Position numbers and translations under genes: made by a program. The notes under the pieces are model-generated. The model was not told the origin of the DNA, ran no database searches, and saw only the letters and a list, made by a program, of their open reading frames with translations. Of a stretch of 64,000 bases of DNA, positions 9,220 through 22,250 are shown piece by piece (position 1 is the stretch's first letter; the number at the start of each line of letters is the position of its first letter). The stretch is from Octopus bimaculoides (lineage: Eukaryota): positions 14,647,205 through 14,711,204 of the forward strand of contig NC_069005.1 of assembly GCF_001194135.2 (NCBI RefSeq). Direction: 5' to 3'.

Positions 9220-11885
9220 TTGTCGAATTTGTTACGTGAACGACGACCTCCGCTACAAAACAGAAGGGACTACAATGAAGCAACATGCTGGAATCCCTGA
9301 ATATCTACTAAAATTTTAAGGTATAGTGTTTCATTGTTTACAAGATATATTATAAAACGGTATAAGTCAATTTAATTAGTCTTCGTAAACACAGCTTATG
9401 AAATTATTGCTACCACACATGTAGTCCTCGAATGTATACAAAAATTCGGTTAATATTAAGTTTTACACCCGGCCACCAAAACAAAACACAATGTCTATTA
9501 GGGGTAAAAAAAAAAGGTAATTTTGGATCTTTCTGATTAGGCGGACACCATTTTTTATTTAGTGTGTTTTCTACCGAAACACTTTAAAACTTCGTATACT
9601 TGTATATTTTGTCTTATAGAACAGAGAAAAAATTTTATATTCGAAATTATTTCATGTTAAAAGTTGTCGTATTTCGGTAATTTCAACCAATCACTGACGT
9701 TTATTGATGTGAAAACAATTACTGCTGTGGATTGTCAACAACACGTTGTGACGGTGTAATGGGATCTTTTCCCTTGAATAAAATTAGTGCCGTTGTTTGT
9801 CAACAACAACTATCGGCGGTACTGTTATTTATGACATCGTTCGTGCGTTTGTACTGGTTTTAGCTTTAGGGTTATGAGTCATCNNNNNNNNNNNNNNNNN
9901 NNNNNNNNNNNNNNNNNNNNNNNNNNNNNNNNNNNNNNNNNNNNNNNNNNNNNNNNNNNNNNNNNNNNNNNNNNNNNNNNNNNNNNNNNNNNNNNNNNNN
10001 NNNNNNNNNNNNNNNNNNNNNNNNNNNNNNNNNNNNNNNNNNNNNNNNNNNNNNNNNNNNNNNNNNNNNNNNNNNNNNNNNNNNNNNNNNNNNNNNNNNN
10101 NNNNNNNNNNNNNNNNNNNNNNNNNNNNNNNNNNNNNNNNNNNNNNNNNNNNNNNNNNNNNNNNNNNNNNNNNNNNNNNNNNNNNNNNNNNNNNNNNNNN
10201 NNNNNNNNACAGGAGCCAGTCCATCGGCACTGGCAACGATCTCGCTCGAATGTCTTACTGGCAACGGCCATGCTCGAAATGGTGTATTTTACGTGTCACC
10301 TGCACAGGAGCCAGTCCATCGGCACTGGCAACGATCTCATTCGAATGTCTTTTCATGTGCCACTGGCGCAAGAGCCAGGAAAGCGACGTTGGTAACGATC
10401 ACGCTGGTGCTATTTACGTGCCACCTGCACGGAAGCCAGACAGCTGCTCTGGCAACGATCACGCTCGGGCCAAATTTTTGGAAAAATTTGTGGCGGTGTA
10501 TTGAACAGACTTTCACCAAATTTGGCAAAAATTCTCATAACTCTAACCCTAACTCTAAAACCCGAACCCTAACCCTAAAGCTAAAACCAGTACAAATGCA
10601 CGAACGATCTCATAAATAACAGTACCGCCGATAGTTGTTGTTGACAAACAACGGCACTAATTTTATTCAAGGGAAAAAATCCCATTACGCCACCACAACG
10701 TGTTGTTGACAATCCACAGCAGTAATTGTTTTCACCGAAATACGACAATTTTAACATGAAATAACTTTAAAAATATAAACTTTTCTCAACAACACTAAGA
10801 GTAAAAGATGTTTTATATGACACATTCTACCAGTGTCCCAAGTTTGAAAGTGTTTCGTTAGAAAACAAATGGTGTCTGCCAAATCAGAAAGATCCGTAAT
10901 TTTTCAGATTAACACCCGCACGATTACCTAACCCTAACCTAACCCTAAAACCCTAACCCTGACCCTAAAACCATAACCCTAACACTAACCCTAACCCCAA
11001 CCCTAAAACCCTAACACCCTAGTGAAAATTGTGCGGGTGTTAATCTGAAATATTACCCCAAAAAAATGTGTATCAAAGGAATATGAAAACCAAAATTTGT
11101 ACCAACTAACTGATTACTCGGCATAGGAAAAATCATCGTGAACCCGGATAAAGTGTCACAGCTTCCAATACAAATGCGACTGAGTTCTGATTGAAACATG
11201 TACTAAAACCGCTCATAACTTTTTCATTTTTACGAATTTTCACAAAAGTGTTTCGATTCCGTCTTCTGCATAATAGAATTGATACGATTATCCAAAAAAA
11301 GAAAAAAAATGATTTTTAGAAATATCCTCCCTCCCCCTGTTCCAAAACTTTCCAGTTTTTTAATTTAAAAAAAAACTCTTGCTTTTCACAATGGAATTAA
11401 TACAATTATCCAATACCAAAGTTCATTAACAATATTAGCAGCGACACAGCCGCCCAGTGGTGTGAATATTGTAGGGAAATATGTACCCAAAAACTATTAA
11501 CTTCGCCTGCATCTCTATTGGAGACTGCAACACTTTATCCTAGTCCAAGATGACTTTTCCTCTGCCGAGTAATCAATCAGTTAGTTGGTGCCAATTTTGG
11601 TTTTCATATTCCTTTAATACACATTAGCCACATTTTTTTTTTTTACCCCTATCAGACTTTTTTGTTTTGGTGGCCGGGTGTTAAACTTAATTTTAACCAA
11701 AAATTCAAACGTATGCCGTTTTATGTCTATAAAACATACCATAAACTCAGTTTAATTAATCTTAATTGTCACTCATGTAAATTATGATTTATTTGCAAAT
11801 TGGATGAATGTAGCATGCCGTTTTCTGAGCAGTCCCTTCTGTTCTGTACTGGAGATCGTTGCTTAGGTAACGAAATTTGCTTAGA
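9220..11885. mobile_element. Composite foldback / nested inverted-repeat element
   Basis: Inverted pairs: ~9222-9300/~11800-11880, 9443-9515/11630-11706, 9525-9875/10560-10895, 11061-11138/11549-11635; no transposase ORF seen; central N gap. Confidence 0.8.
10897..11055. mobile_element. MITE with 29-bp inverted ends enclosing (CCCTAA)n telomere-like repeats
   Basis: TAATTTTTCAGATTAACACCCGCACGATT ... AATTGTGCGGGTGTTAATCTGAAATATTA (2 mismatches) around about 100 bp of degenerate CCCTAA. Confidence 0.8.
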
Positions 11886-12179
11886 GTGAGCAAATATAGA
11901 TCCAACCTAGGATGTTCAAAGCGTTTCATTGCCCTTCCCACCCCAAAATTTTAGTAGTTGCACTCACACCCCCTGTTCCCGATTCTATGTATTCTACGAT
12001 ATTACCACATCATCATCATCATCATTGTTTAACGCCCATATCCTATGCTTGCATGGGTTGGACGGTTCAACAGAAACTGACGAACCAGAGGACCATGCTG
12101 GACTTAGTATCTGCTTTGGCATGGTTTCTACAGCCTGATGCCATTCCTAACGAGTCTGTACCAACTGGCAGTATTCCAT

Positions 12180-12370
12180 TACCATCAGAACTAAAAAATT
12201 TTGAAGTCACCAGAAAAGACTAGGAAGAAATTAAACAAGAGAGAGAAGTTCAACAAAATCAACCTCATCTTCCACCAATGTTACCATGCAGTCAATGTCA
12301 TTGACTCTTCCATGCAAGAATTGGTCTACTTAGTCACCAACAGCATCACCATAAAGGAAGCATTTGGCAA
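12180..12370 (+). mobile_element. RTE-BovB-like LINE C-terminal zinc-finger fragment
   Basis: Reads LPCSQCH*LFHARIGLLSHQ, typical of the C..C...F..RIGL.SH end of RTE ORFs. Confidence 0.6.
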
Positions 12371-12479
12371 AGAAGAAATTAATTTCTTGAATACAAAATA
12401 AATTCGACAACGATATATATANNNNNNNNNNTATGTAATATATAATATAATTATCCATAGAAGATAAACGTGATGATGT

Positions 12480-14090
12480 TGATGATCATCATCATCCCCA
12501 TTTAATGTCCATTTTCCATGTTGGCATGGGTTGGATGGTTTGACCAGAGCTGTATCAGGTTCCAGTCTGATTTGGTTTGCTTTCGACAAGACACCAGATA
12601 TCTTGGTCATTTGTCATCTCCTCCATAAAGCTTAGCATCTAGAGATCAGCCTTCAGTACTTTGTCCCATGTCTTCCTGGGTCTCCCTCTTCCATGTGTTC
12701 CATCTACTTTAAGCAATTGGCACTTCTTTTTTCAGCCATCTACATCTATTCTCATCACACAATCAAACCAGTGCACTCTTCTCTCTTGCATACTGCATCT
12801 AATTCCTCTTCTACTTATCTTTTCTCTCAATACACTAGCACTCTGTTGCACATGTACACTTACTTTGCACATCAAGCAGAGCATAATAGCTTCATTTCTC
12901 TCTAGCCTTTGCATGTCCTCTGCATTCAGGATTCATGTCTCACTACTATGTTGTATTGCTGTTTGTATACATGCATCATACAAACTACCTTTCACTCAGA
13001 GAGAGAAACCTTTGGTTGCCAACAGAGGTAAAAGCTCTCTGAATTTTCTCCATCTTATTCTACCAATTACACTTTCCATACATTTCCCTCCACTACTAAT
13101 TAGAACCCCTAGGTAGCAGAAATTATCCACTACCTCCAAAGAGCCCCCAGGGCATTTGAGAGAATCAATTTCCTGAATATCTGTAGCTTTTATGGCTCCT
13201 GTGCATCTTCCACAGACACTCACTACTTTTTCTGATAGCCTTCCTATTATTCCACCACACCTCTTGTGTGTCCATAGCCTGCACTGGGTACACCATAATG
13301 GAGTTCCTGCCTACACCTTTCCTACATATCAAGCAGGACCTGATATGGGTAATGTCCTGTGTGTTTTCTTGCTTACTGAAAACTTAGTCTTTGCTAAGTT
13401 AACCTTAAGGCCCTTCAATTCCAGGTTTTGCTTCCACATCTGGAATTTTTTTGTAGTTCTGTTGCAGAATTTGCTACGAGAGCAAGATCATGAACATATA
13501 GTATCCCCCAGGGGCAGCCAGTCTTGAATTCCTCTCTTATGGCTTGCATGACAATGTGGAAAAGGAAAGGACTGAGAACCAAGCTCTGACAGACGCCTAC
13601 CTGTACACCAAATTATCATTGTACTCATGATTAATGCTCACCTTACTGACAGCCTCTGTACTTGGTATGTATTGCTTTCACAAGCCACTTGTCTACCCCT
13701 AGCTTCCTCAGAGCCCACTATATCACACAGTGAAGTACTCTATCAAAGGTTTTTTCCAGAACAACAAAAGTCAAGTATAACAGCTTATTCTTAGCTAAAT
13801 GCTTTTCTTGAAGTTGTCTGACTATGAAAATAGCATTTGTAGTGATTCTCCTCAGGACAAAGTCTAACTGCATTTCATCCAATTTAATTCTGTTCTTAAT
13901 TAACTGGCTTATAACTATCTCCATAACTTTTATTACTTGATCCAGCAATTTGATGCCTCTATAACTACTTTTATCTAGCCAGAGCATGCAGTCCATCACA
14001 CATGCCAATTGCCAAAGCAGAGTGTGGGGCAGTGGAGCTTTATTCTCCTCCTTGCCCAAAACTGTTAACCCTGCTCACTCCATCAGTGAA
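12480..14090 (-). mobile_element. RTE-clade LINE, 5'-truncated and degenerate, with (GAT)n tail
   Basis: RT motifs YRGIKLL, NAIFIVRQLQEK, FVVLEKTFDRV, SLEVVDNFCYLG, QERRVHWF; 3' UTR GCATGGGTTGG motif shared with many short copies in the window. Confidence 0.9.
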
Positions 14091-14339
14091 TGTGATATGA
14101 ACTAATTTTAATGTGAGAAAATGCCCTTCTACCAACAGACCAAGCTTTGGGCTTCATACCCCTCTCAGCTGGACTTGATGTTCCCCTATTAGCAATACCC
14201 TGGCAGCAGGCCTGCCATGATGACCATTATTGATTACAAGAGAGGTCTGAGAAAATAATAGAACCCACTTTGAGAACACTTCATACAATTATTTACAATT
14301 CCTCACAGGAAGCAGATGTGGCAAGTATGGCCAGAATCA

Positions 14340-16230
14340 ATCATAGTAATTTTGTTACTTTGCTCAGAGCTTGATTTAGTTCATGCTCCTGTATTATGTC
14401 TGCAACTTCTTGGATGTTTGACCCTTGCTTTGCAAAATCTGTAGCGTAAACTGATTTCAGCTTACATTTCAATCCAAAGATGAAAATGCTTCCATCAAAA
14501 TTGATCTTAATGTGAACACTCTTCTTTTTCAACCCGTTTGCAGATCAGACTACCAGTTAAAACATCATTTCAGGTGTCCTTGAAACTCACACTTCTCTAG
14601 TTAAACTGTATAGCTCTAGAAATCAACCTGAGCTCTCATGGCATTCAAAGAGAAAACAGTTCAGCTCTCACCAAGCAAATCAAGGACAAAGCTTCAGCAG
14701 TCTTGCATCTTGAAGATAACTAATCACAGTTAATTTGATCCCTCTATCCTAGTCTCTCTACCAGTGAGGATTTGATCATTTATGTATGTATTCATGTTCA
14801 GCTTTCCCTTAAATAAATCTAATGTTAAATATTCAAGAGTTTTGCTTCTGTTTATAATATACGCAGCCAGCCTAATTTCACACCAAGATTAATACAACAA
14901 TTACACATACTGTGACAATATCAACTAATTGTCTTTTGAGGTTCTCAACCTCACAAATACACTATAAAATATCAAGCAAACTATTTTGAAGAATCAAAAA
15001 CAGAATCTCTGAGCCACTCAATATGGTTTCAAAAATCACAAAAAAATTTAAACTGCAAATCGAGGATTGCAATGAATCCTCTTGCCTGTGCTAATTCTGT
15101 AGCACTTCAATCATCTGGATTGAATATGGTTGAAAATATCCCAGAAAACACAGTAATTTTGTTGGACAAAATGGATACTTGTTGAGATGAATAATTCCAA
15201 CATGTCTCGGGTAACTTTGGAAATCACATTTCAATGATTTCATCCAGTTGGGCTATTCAAGCTGTTAACTTTGAGAAAAAGTTGAAATTCTTTTTCAAGT
15301 TTGGAAGAAAATTTGACATTCATGATGAATTTTTGGCCTTTTGTCAGCAATCCAGCTTTTCTGTCCTTACTGACATTGTATCCCAAAAACCTTTCTCGGG
15401 GCTTTTCTTTCTCATCAACAAATTGCAAAACATGATAATTGAGATTTCATTCAAATGTATGTAGTTTCATCAAACATAACAGCAACAAATACTGGGGTTT
15501 TTTTAATCATTGCGCCTTTATTTCACCTTCATTTGTAGCAGCTATACAATTAAATGATCTTAATTTGAATAGCACTTGAAAATGTACAGTGAGCATTTTT
15601 TTTCACAAAATCTAAATGTGATCTTAAACAATCATTGTATTCTACTACTGCTTCACATATAGCCAGAAAATTACTTTTACTGTTTGATTGTTCTGTTTCA
15701 TCATGTTCTTCCAATGGTAATTCTTGACAGGCCAAAATTTCAATGCAATGAATTAATCTTTTCAATACATCATATATCAATATATCTCAACTGATCTTGT
15801 ATGGATTTGAATCAGAAGCTGCTTTTCAGTGATCACTCACTGTACCAATTTGTTGTTGGCCAGAAGTTTTCAGAGCAATTATGGAATTCAGATGGTTCTA
15901 AGCTTTTTGTGTTTTTTTTAAGCTGTAATCAAATTGTGCAAATCTCAGTAGCCAGTGTTCAGAACAGGACATCCCATCAGTCACTCATACTGTTCATAGT
16001 ATTTAGATTCAAAATAACAAAAACATTCCTTGCTGCTCACTCTGGTTTAGATTTTCATTTCAAGCTTTGGCTTCTCTTTTCTGAGAATGGTAATATTCTT
16101 CTCAGCTGTGTAACTTCTTGTTGCAAAGGTCAGGAAAGTAAAGAGGAAACTGAGTTAATCGACTCTTTTGCCATCCTGGGGGCGAATGAAAGCAGGACAA
16201 ATATTACTGGGTTGTTATCTTTTTAAATGA
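14340..16230 (-). mobile_element. Degenerate hAT-superfamily (ZMYM1/DUF4371-like) transposase
   Basis: Fragments HLNSIIALKT, LKRLIHCIEILACQELPLEEHDETEQSNSKSNFLAI, ERFLGYNVSKDRKAG and ELNQALSKVTKLL in shifting frames. Confidence 0.65.
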
Positions 16231-17599
16231 TTTGAAGCTTTATTCTAACAAAATATTTAGGTGTTAGTTTACTTTTTTTAACATAAACCTTTTTTTAAAT
16301 TTTAAAACATTGCCATGGATAAACAGATGGAAACTTTACTTTCTAATCATAAAAGGATAAACTTTCTCAGCTGCTTCTTTCTACTCCAAGTGTGAAGTAG
16401 TCAAGAAGAAAACTCTGGGGTCATATGACTGAATTTGGGTCTTAAGAAGGGATCAAGAATACTCTCTATGGGTTAAATCTTTTTAAAAAGCAGGTGTGGC
16501 TGTGTGGTAAAAAGTTTGCTTCCCAAGTACATGTTTTCAGCTTCAGTCCCATTGCATGGCACCTTGGGCAAGTGTCTTTTATAGCCTCAGACCAACCAAA
16601 ACCTTGTGAGTGAATTTGATTGACAGAAACTGAAATAAGCCTGTCATACATATATCTGTGTGTGTGTGTGGTCTTTGTGTCTGTGTTTGTCCCCAACCAC
16701 TGCTTGACAATTGGTCTTGGTGAGTTTACATTCCGGTAACTTATCAGTTTGGCATGAGAGATCATTAGAATAAGTACATGGCTTGAAAAAAAAAGTACTG
16801 AGATCAATTCATTCAACTAAAAAATTTTCGAGGCAGTACCCCCAGCATGGCCGCAATCTAATGACTGAAACAAGAAAAAAAAATATATATACGCTTCAGT
16901 ACTGATTAATGGTATGAAATAAACCAGAATCAGCAATAAAACAAACTCGCAAATTGACTAAACACCCATTGCTCATCTAAATCTGTCCAACTATGACAAA
17001 AGCTTTGTTCTTTGAAAAGGCAAGTCTTTGATCTCTGCCACACACAGCAGTAAAAACATTAGTGTTTCAGGATAAAATATGCCTGACAGTGTGTCTGCTG
17101 GCTTCACATGGCTGGAAGGCAAGCAGTAAAAGATCTGCTTTTCTTTGCCTTTCTCCCTCTTGACCACTCACTCATTTGTTTTGTCTCTCTTATTGATATT
17201 CCAAAGAGAATAATAGAATATGAAGAAACTAACACCACTCCTCTTACTGTGACTGAAAGCAAGCAGTAAAAAATCTGCTTTCCTTTGTTTTTTTCTCTCT
17301 TGACCACTTGTTTGTTTGTTTCTCATTTTTGATGATTTCTCTTCAAGAAGGAACACAATTAATTCACTGCTTTCCGTCTTTTCTCATTAAGCAAACAGGA
17401 GCTTTCTCTACTTACACCTGTTAAGCAATATTGATTGTTTACAATTTATACTAAGAAAATAAAGGAATGGGAAATACAAAACAAAATCATGAATACAATG
17501 AGGATAGTGAAAATTATTAATGTTTAACTTTATATTACACAAAAATTATTTATCCTGAAAAAATAGTAAGGTATGCATTGTGTACATAGACTCTTCACC

Positions 17600-17829
17600 C
17601 CTGACATATATGAGGGTGTGCTGAAAAGTTCTTGGCTTTGGAAAAAGAAAATACAGGAAAATCAGTTAACTATGATTTTAGTCAACATATTCTCATCTCA
17701 GATAGATTCACACACTTATTGCAGTGGTCCTTCAGTTTTTCTAAGCCCTGTACAAGAACTTGGAAGGTTGGGCCTCTAACCAGGCCTTTCATAATACCCT
17801 TAAAGCCCAGAACTTTGCAGTACCACCTC

Positions 17830-17862
<33 letters not shown>

Positions 17863-18120
17863 CATACAAGGTGCATTCCAGAAGTTTTGAAACTTTTTCA
17901 GGGAGACATTCATTAATTTCAAAGAACTACAAAACTCTTCTATTTCTAAGTTGGATCCTCTGATATCAATGCACTTGTTGTACTCCAGCCACTTTGTGAA
18001 GGCCCCATGGAAGCCTTCCAAAGTGAAGATGTCCATGTCCCTTGTCACAGCCTCCTTCATCTAAACAACTGCCCCTGAAGTTCTCTTTGGCAACAAGCAA
18101 AAGTCACAGGGACTTGTGTG
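17600..18120 (-). mobile_element. Mariner 3' fragments and terminal repeats
   Basis: LEGFHGAFTKWLEYNKCIDIRGSNLE resembles the mariner transposase C-terminus; TIR-like TATGAGGGTGTGCTGAAAAGTTC near 17608 and TACAAGGTGCATTCCAGAAGTT near 17865. Confidence 0.7.
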
Positions 18121-19239
18121 TGTGTGTGTGTGTGAATTGTATCTCTTTGTCTTGACATAGCATGTTAATTGTAATCAAGTGCCACTATCATGTGGTAGTG
18201 TCCTTTGTTTCCAATATTCCACGAAAACATCTGGCCAAGGGGGATATTAAGTTACTTTGCAACAGGGAGAACATCCAGCTGTAGAAAATCTGCCTCAATA
18301 AATTGCATCAAACCCATGCAAGCATTGAAAAGTGGAAGTTAAAATGATGATGATGAGGAGGAGGAGGATGTACTCCTAGATTTTAGAAAGATATGTGCAT
18401 TCACCAGTAGCTTTTGACTTAACTGTTAGAGGCAAGCAATGATAGCAGACTAAAGCTAGCTGTGAACTCTAGTGCCCACCTTAAATGTTTTTGGGGTTTT
18501 TTTTTATAGTCTTCCATGGTTTTTTACAGAAGGTGGAAAGTTTGGAGAAAAGTTTTTAACAACAGCTGGGATATTGTTGGTGCCAACTGGGAGGGCATAT
18601 TGCCTTAATTGGATGGCTTGCCCTATGAACCTTGCATCTACATACTTATGCCTGACTTGTTTACTCAGGTTTCCACAGATGTCTACTGCATCTGACAGCA
18701 GATCAAAAGAAATCCCAGTTTTATGAGCCAAGGAGTGATTGCATTGTTGTGTAAGTGATTTTAAAAAAGGGGAAAATTATACTGAGTGGCAAAATTTTAA
18801 TTTTATGTTTTTGTCTTTGGTCAGTAAGTGTTATTTTCTATCTAGAAATCAAAAGGAAATCACTACTATTCCTTTCAGACTTTGTTTTTCTGACCTGGAC
18901 ATTAATGTTTTGAAACTGACCTATTTTCCATTACATCTCAGACAGTTTCAGTAGAAATATCATTATAGCAAATATTCTGCTCAATACCACAGATTTGCTT
19001 GTCAGTTGCTTGATCTTAATCACTTGAGCATGGCCCTTAGTGGCTGACAATATGTGCATCTCTGATGATGAGCATGAGTAGTTGGGGAGCATCATAGCCA
19101 TGTATTAAAAGGGATTGTTTGAGGTTTGAATAAATATCATAACAAAAGCAAAGATTAAAGGAAATACTAGCCATTTTTCATACTTTCTAAGAGGTAAGCA
19201 AACAGGAAATAACAGTTGCTATGCAAGGACAAAATTTGT

Positions 19240-20300
19240 GTTACGCAGGGTTATCAATAACTTCTCACCTCTAACTGTGTTGAATGAAGAGTTTAACATT
19301 TCAGATAAGCTGTTAGAAAAGAAGTGGGTGCTTGTTGGCAGTGTGGTCAGGAAAGTGCAGACTGTGATCCAAAGCAAACTCTACTTCATGGAGTACATTA
19401 AAGAAGGGCCAAATGACAAACCTGGCTTCAGTGCAGCTCTGACCAATTTAGACCAATAAAGGGTTATTTGATAGATTTGACCATTGCTACTTGGCAGTTA
19501 TCCTCAGTACAGTCATTTTAGTCTTGTTTTCAAAAGTTGGATTACTTAAAATGTACAGCAGCATCTGTTTGATGATCAGATGAAAGGCCCTCTATTGGAG
19601 TCCTTTCAAATCACACATTCAGTTCATCATGTGTGTCTTCTCTCACCTCTTTTGTATGTATTGATTCTTGACCCACTACTGCAGAAAGTAGAGGTGTTAA
19701 GGGTCATCCTATTCAAATTGGAATACAGGAGAGTCATGCCAGCATATGCAGATGATGTCATCATAATGATATTGGATACCATAAAGTTTTTTTGTTGGCA
19801 CCATGCTAAAGGAATAAGAGGCAATTACAGGAGCATAAAATTAACTAGGACATGTTGACAGATGTGCAGCTTTGCACCTGGGGAGGCAACTTCATGCTGC
19901 TAGCTAGCAACGTCGGATTCTGGACTGAAGGGCTGGTTTGGTCTGAACCTCTAGGTAGTTAGGAATGAGTGTAGTAGCCAGTCTCACCCAAAAATGATCT
20001 ATACAGAAGCTGGCCCTGAAAGATCAAGGTGAAGTGACAAAACACATATATTGTCTCTGTCATATACTACTATATGACCATCATGTCTTGCACCAGATTG
20101 GAGGGTTTATTTTTTGGTTCTTGTGGAAAAGATGTATTTTACTAGTCAGAGGGTCTGTCTGCTGCCAAAACCTTCTGTGTGGATGGCTCGGTATACTATG
20201 GCTGATCATAAGTAAATCTGTTCTAAGGCTGTGACATTTGCAGAGATTCCTCAACAGTGAGTGGTTGACAATTGTTAGACACATTTTCCCACAGCTTGTC
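19240..20300 (+). mobile_element. L1/Tx1-clade LINE ORF2 fragment, degenerate
   Basis: AALTNLDQ, FQITHSVHHVCLLSPLLYVLILDPLL, AYADDV and FLWKRCILLVRGSVCC motifs with frameshifts. Confidence 0.8.
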
Positions 20301-20959
20301 TTTTTGATAGTGAGGACACGAGGCCCAGTGGTTAGGGTGTTGCACTTGTGATTGCAAGATAATAGTTTCGATTTGCAGACAAGTGGTGCATTGTGCTCTT
20401 GAGCAATGCACTTCATTTCATGTTGCTTCAGTCCACTCAGCTGTAAATGAGTTACCCTGCAATAGACTGACATCCCTTCAGTGGGTGTGTTGTAATTTTG
20501 GTCACTTATATACCATGGAAACTGAGTAACAAACCCTAGGAATCCTTGTACACAAGACAGTAATATTCAGGTATTGATGATGATGATGACCACAACATCT
20601 GAAGTTGTTGAGAAAAATTTCTTGGGCAAGATGCTGATTAAGTCTAGAACCTCATTGTTGTGAAGTGAACTTAAATATTTGACCATATATTATCATTCGT
20701 TTGCTTGTTTCAGTCTTTGGAATGCGGTCATACTGCAGCCCCGCCTCAAAGAGGTTTCAATCATTCAAATCCACCCCAGAACTTTTTTCTGTGGATCTCT
20801 TTTAGAATAATATACCACAGTGTCTATTGGACTCTTTTTCACTGAACTGAAAAGTTGCAGGGACATAAATGAAATAACACCAGCTGTCAAGCAATGACAA
20901 ATATACAATCACAAAGACATACATTTACACGAATGTGTATGTGTAAGTATGTATGTGTA

Positions 20960-21067
<108 letters not shown>

Positions 21068-21986
21068 TGATGAGCCTCCAGATTCTGTCTCTCAAATTCA
21101 CTCACAAGGTACTGTCCAGCCTGGAACTATATTAAAAGACACTTTCTTGATGTGCTCTACAATGGAACTGGACCCAAAACACATGGATTTGTTTGACTTT
21201 ATCTCATGGTCTGTTTAATACCAAAATACAGTTCCTATGTGCCTTTAGTGGAGTTTACGTTGTTATCAAGCATTTGAGCCAAATCACTGATTTGAGGATT
21301 AATTCTTTCCTCCCCACCTTCCCATCAGTCTTTGACACTTTGAAAAAAAAAAAAACTGAGGGCCTTGGGTGCTGCTCTTTCTTGACTTAGCAGTAAATAG
21401 ATAAAACTGAGAGGCACAGGTATGGCTGTGTGGTTAAGAAGGTTCAGTCCCACTGCATGGTACCTTGGGCAGATGTCTTCTCCTAGAGCTTCATGCTGAT
21501 ATAAGCCTAATGAATGGATTTGGTAGACAGAAACTGAATGAAGCCCACTGTGTTTGTGTGTGTGTGTGTGTATGCATGCATGTATGTGAGTGAGTCTTTG
21601 TATTTCCCCCCCACCACTGTTTGACAACTGGGGTTGGTTTATTCAACTAAACTCTCCAAGGCAGTGCACCAGCATGGCCATGGTCCAATGACTGAAACAA
21701 CTATAAAAGTTCTCTTGAAAGTTTTGTATAGTAAAAATAAAAGTTATGAAAACAGTTTTTTACAAAGAAGGAATATTAAATGTTTCAAACCCATGTCACT
21801 TCAAATATTGAACCTCAGATTTGTCCCAAGCAAGCAACAATAGCAAATGATCCATTTTTTCCTTACGTTCTATCATCTCACATATTTAATGTATTACTTT
21901 ACTTTTGGATTTCTTATTCTTTTTGTTTATCTGACATATTCTCATTGGCGGTCTGTAATGTTGAGCTTGCAACTTCTATTTTGCAG

Positions 21987-22150
21987 AGGACTTGGTGAAA
22001 AAGAAATGGAATGTCCTGAAGTCTGCATACAACCGAGAACTGAAGAGACTGATTGAATTATCTAAAATTAGCTCAGATGTCTATGCCCCACAATGGTGGC
22101 TTTTCCAGAATTTGGACCGGTTCCTCAGACCACATGCCCTCTCACGGAAG
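21987..22150 (+). CDS. MADF/BESS-domain transcription factor, coding exon 2 of 3
   Basis: Acceptor TTTTGCAG| at 21986; (E)DLVKKKWNVLKSAYNRELKR...YAPQWWLFQNLDRFLRPHALSRK is the C-terminal half of MADF; donor AAG|GTACAA; phases 1 in and 0 out fit the flanking exons. Confidence 0.92.
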
Positions 22151-22250
22151 GTACAAACTATTTTGCGTTCTTCTTTTAGCTGTGTTTTAGAGAAAGTTAT
22201 CATTGGGATTTTACCCCAAGTTGGTCTTGATTGAGCAGGCTTCTGGTTAA

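Noticed and set aside
6685-10395. ORFs spanning N runs (also 50851-51506)
   Set aside because: They appear open only because the gaps contain no stop codons.
10540-11025. Telomere or chromosome end
   Set aside because: The repeats are short, degenerate, enclosed by inverted repeats and inside an intron.
17115-17340. Local ~145-bp tandem duplication
   Set aside because: Diverged, pyrimidine-rich and intronic, with no coding or structural signal.
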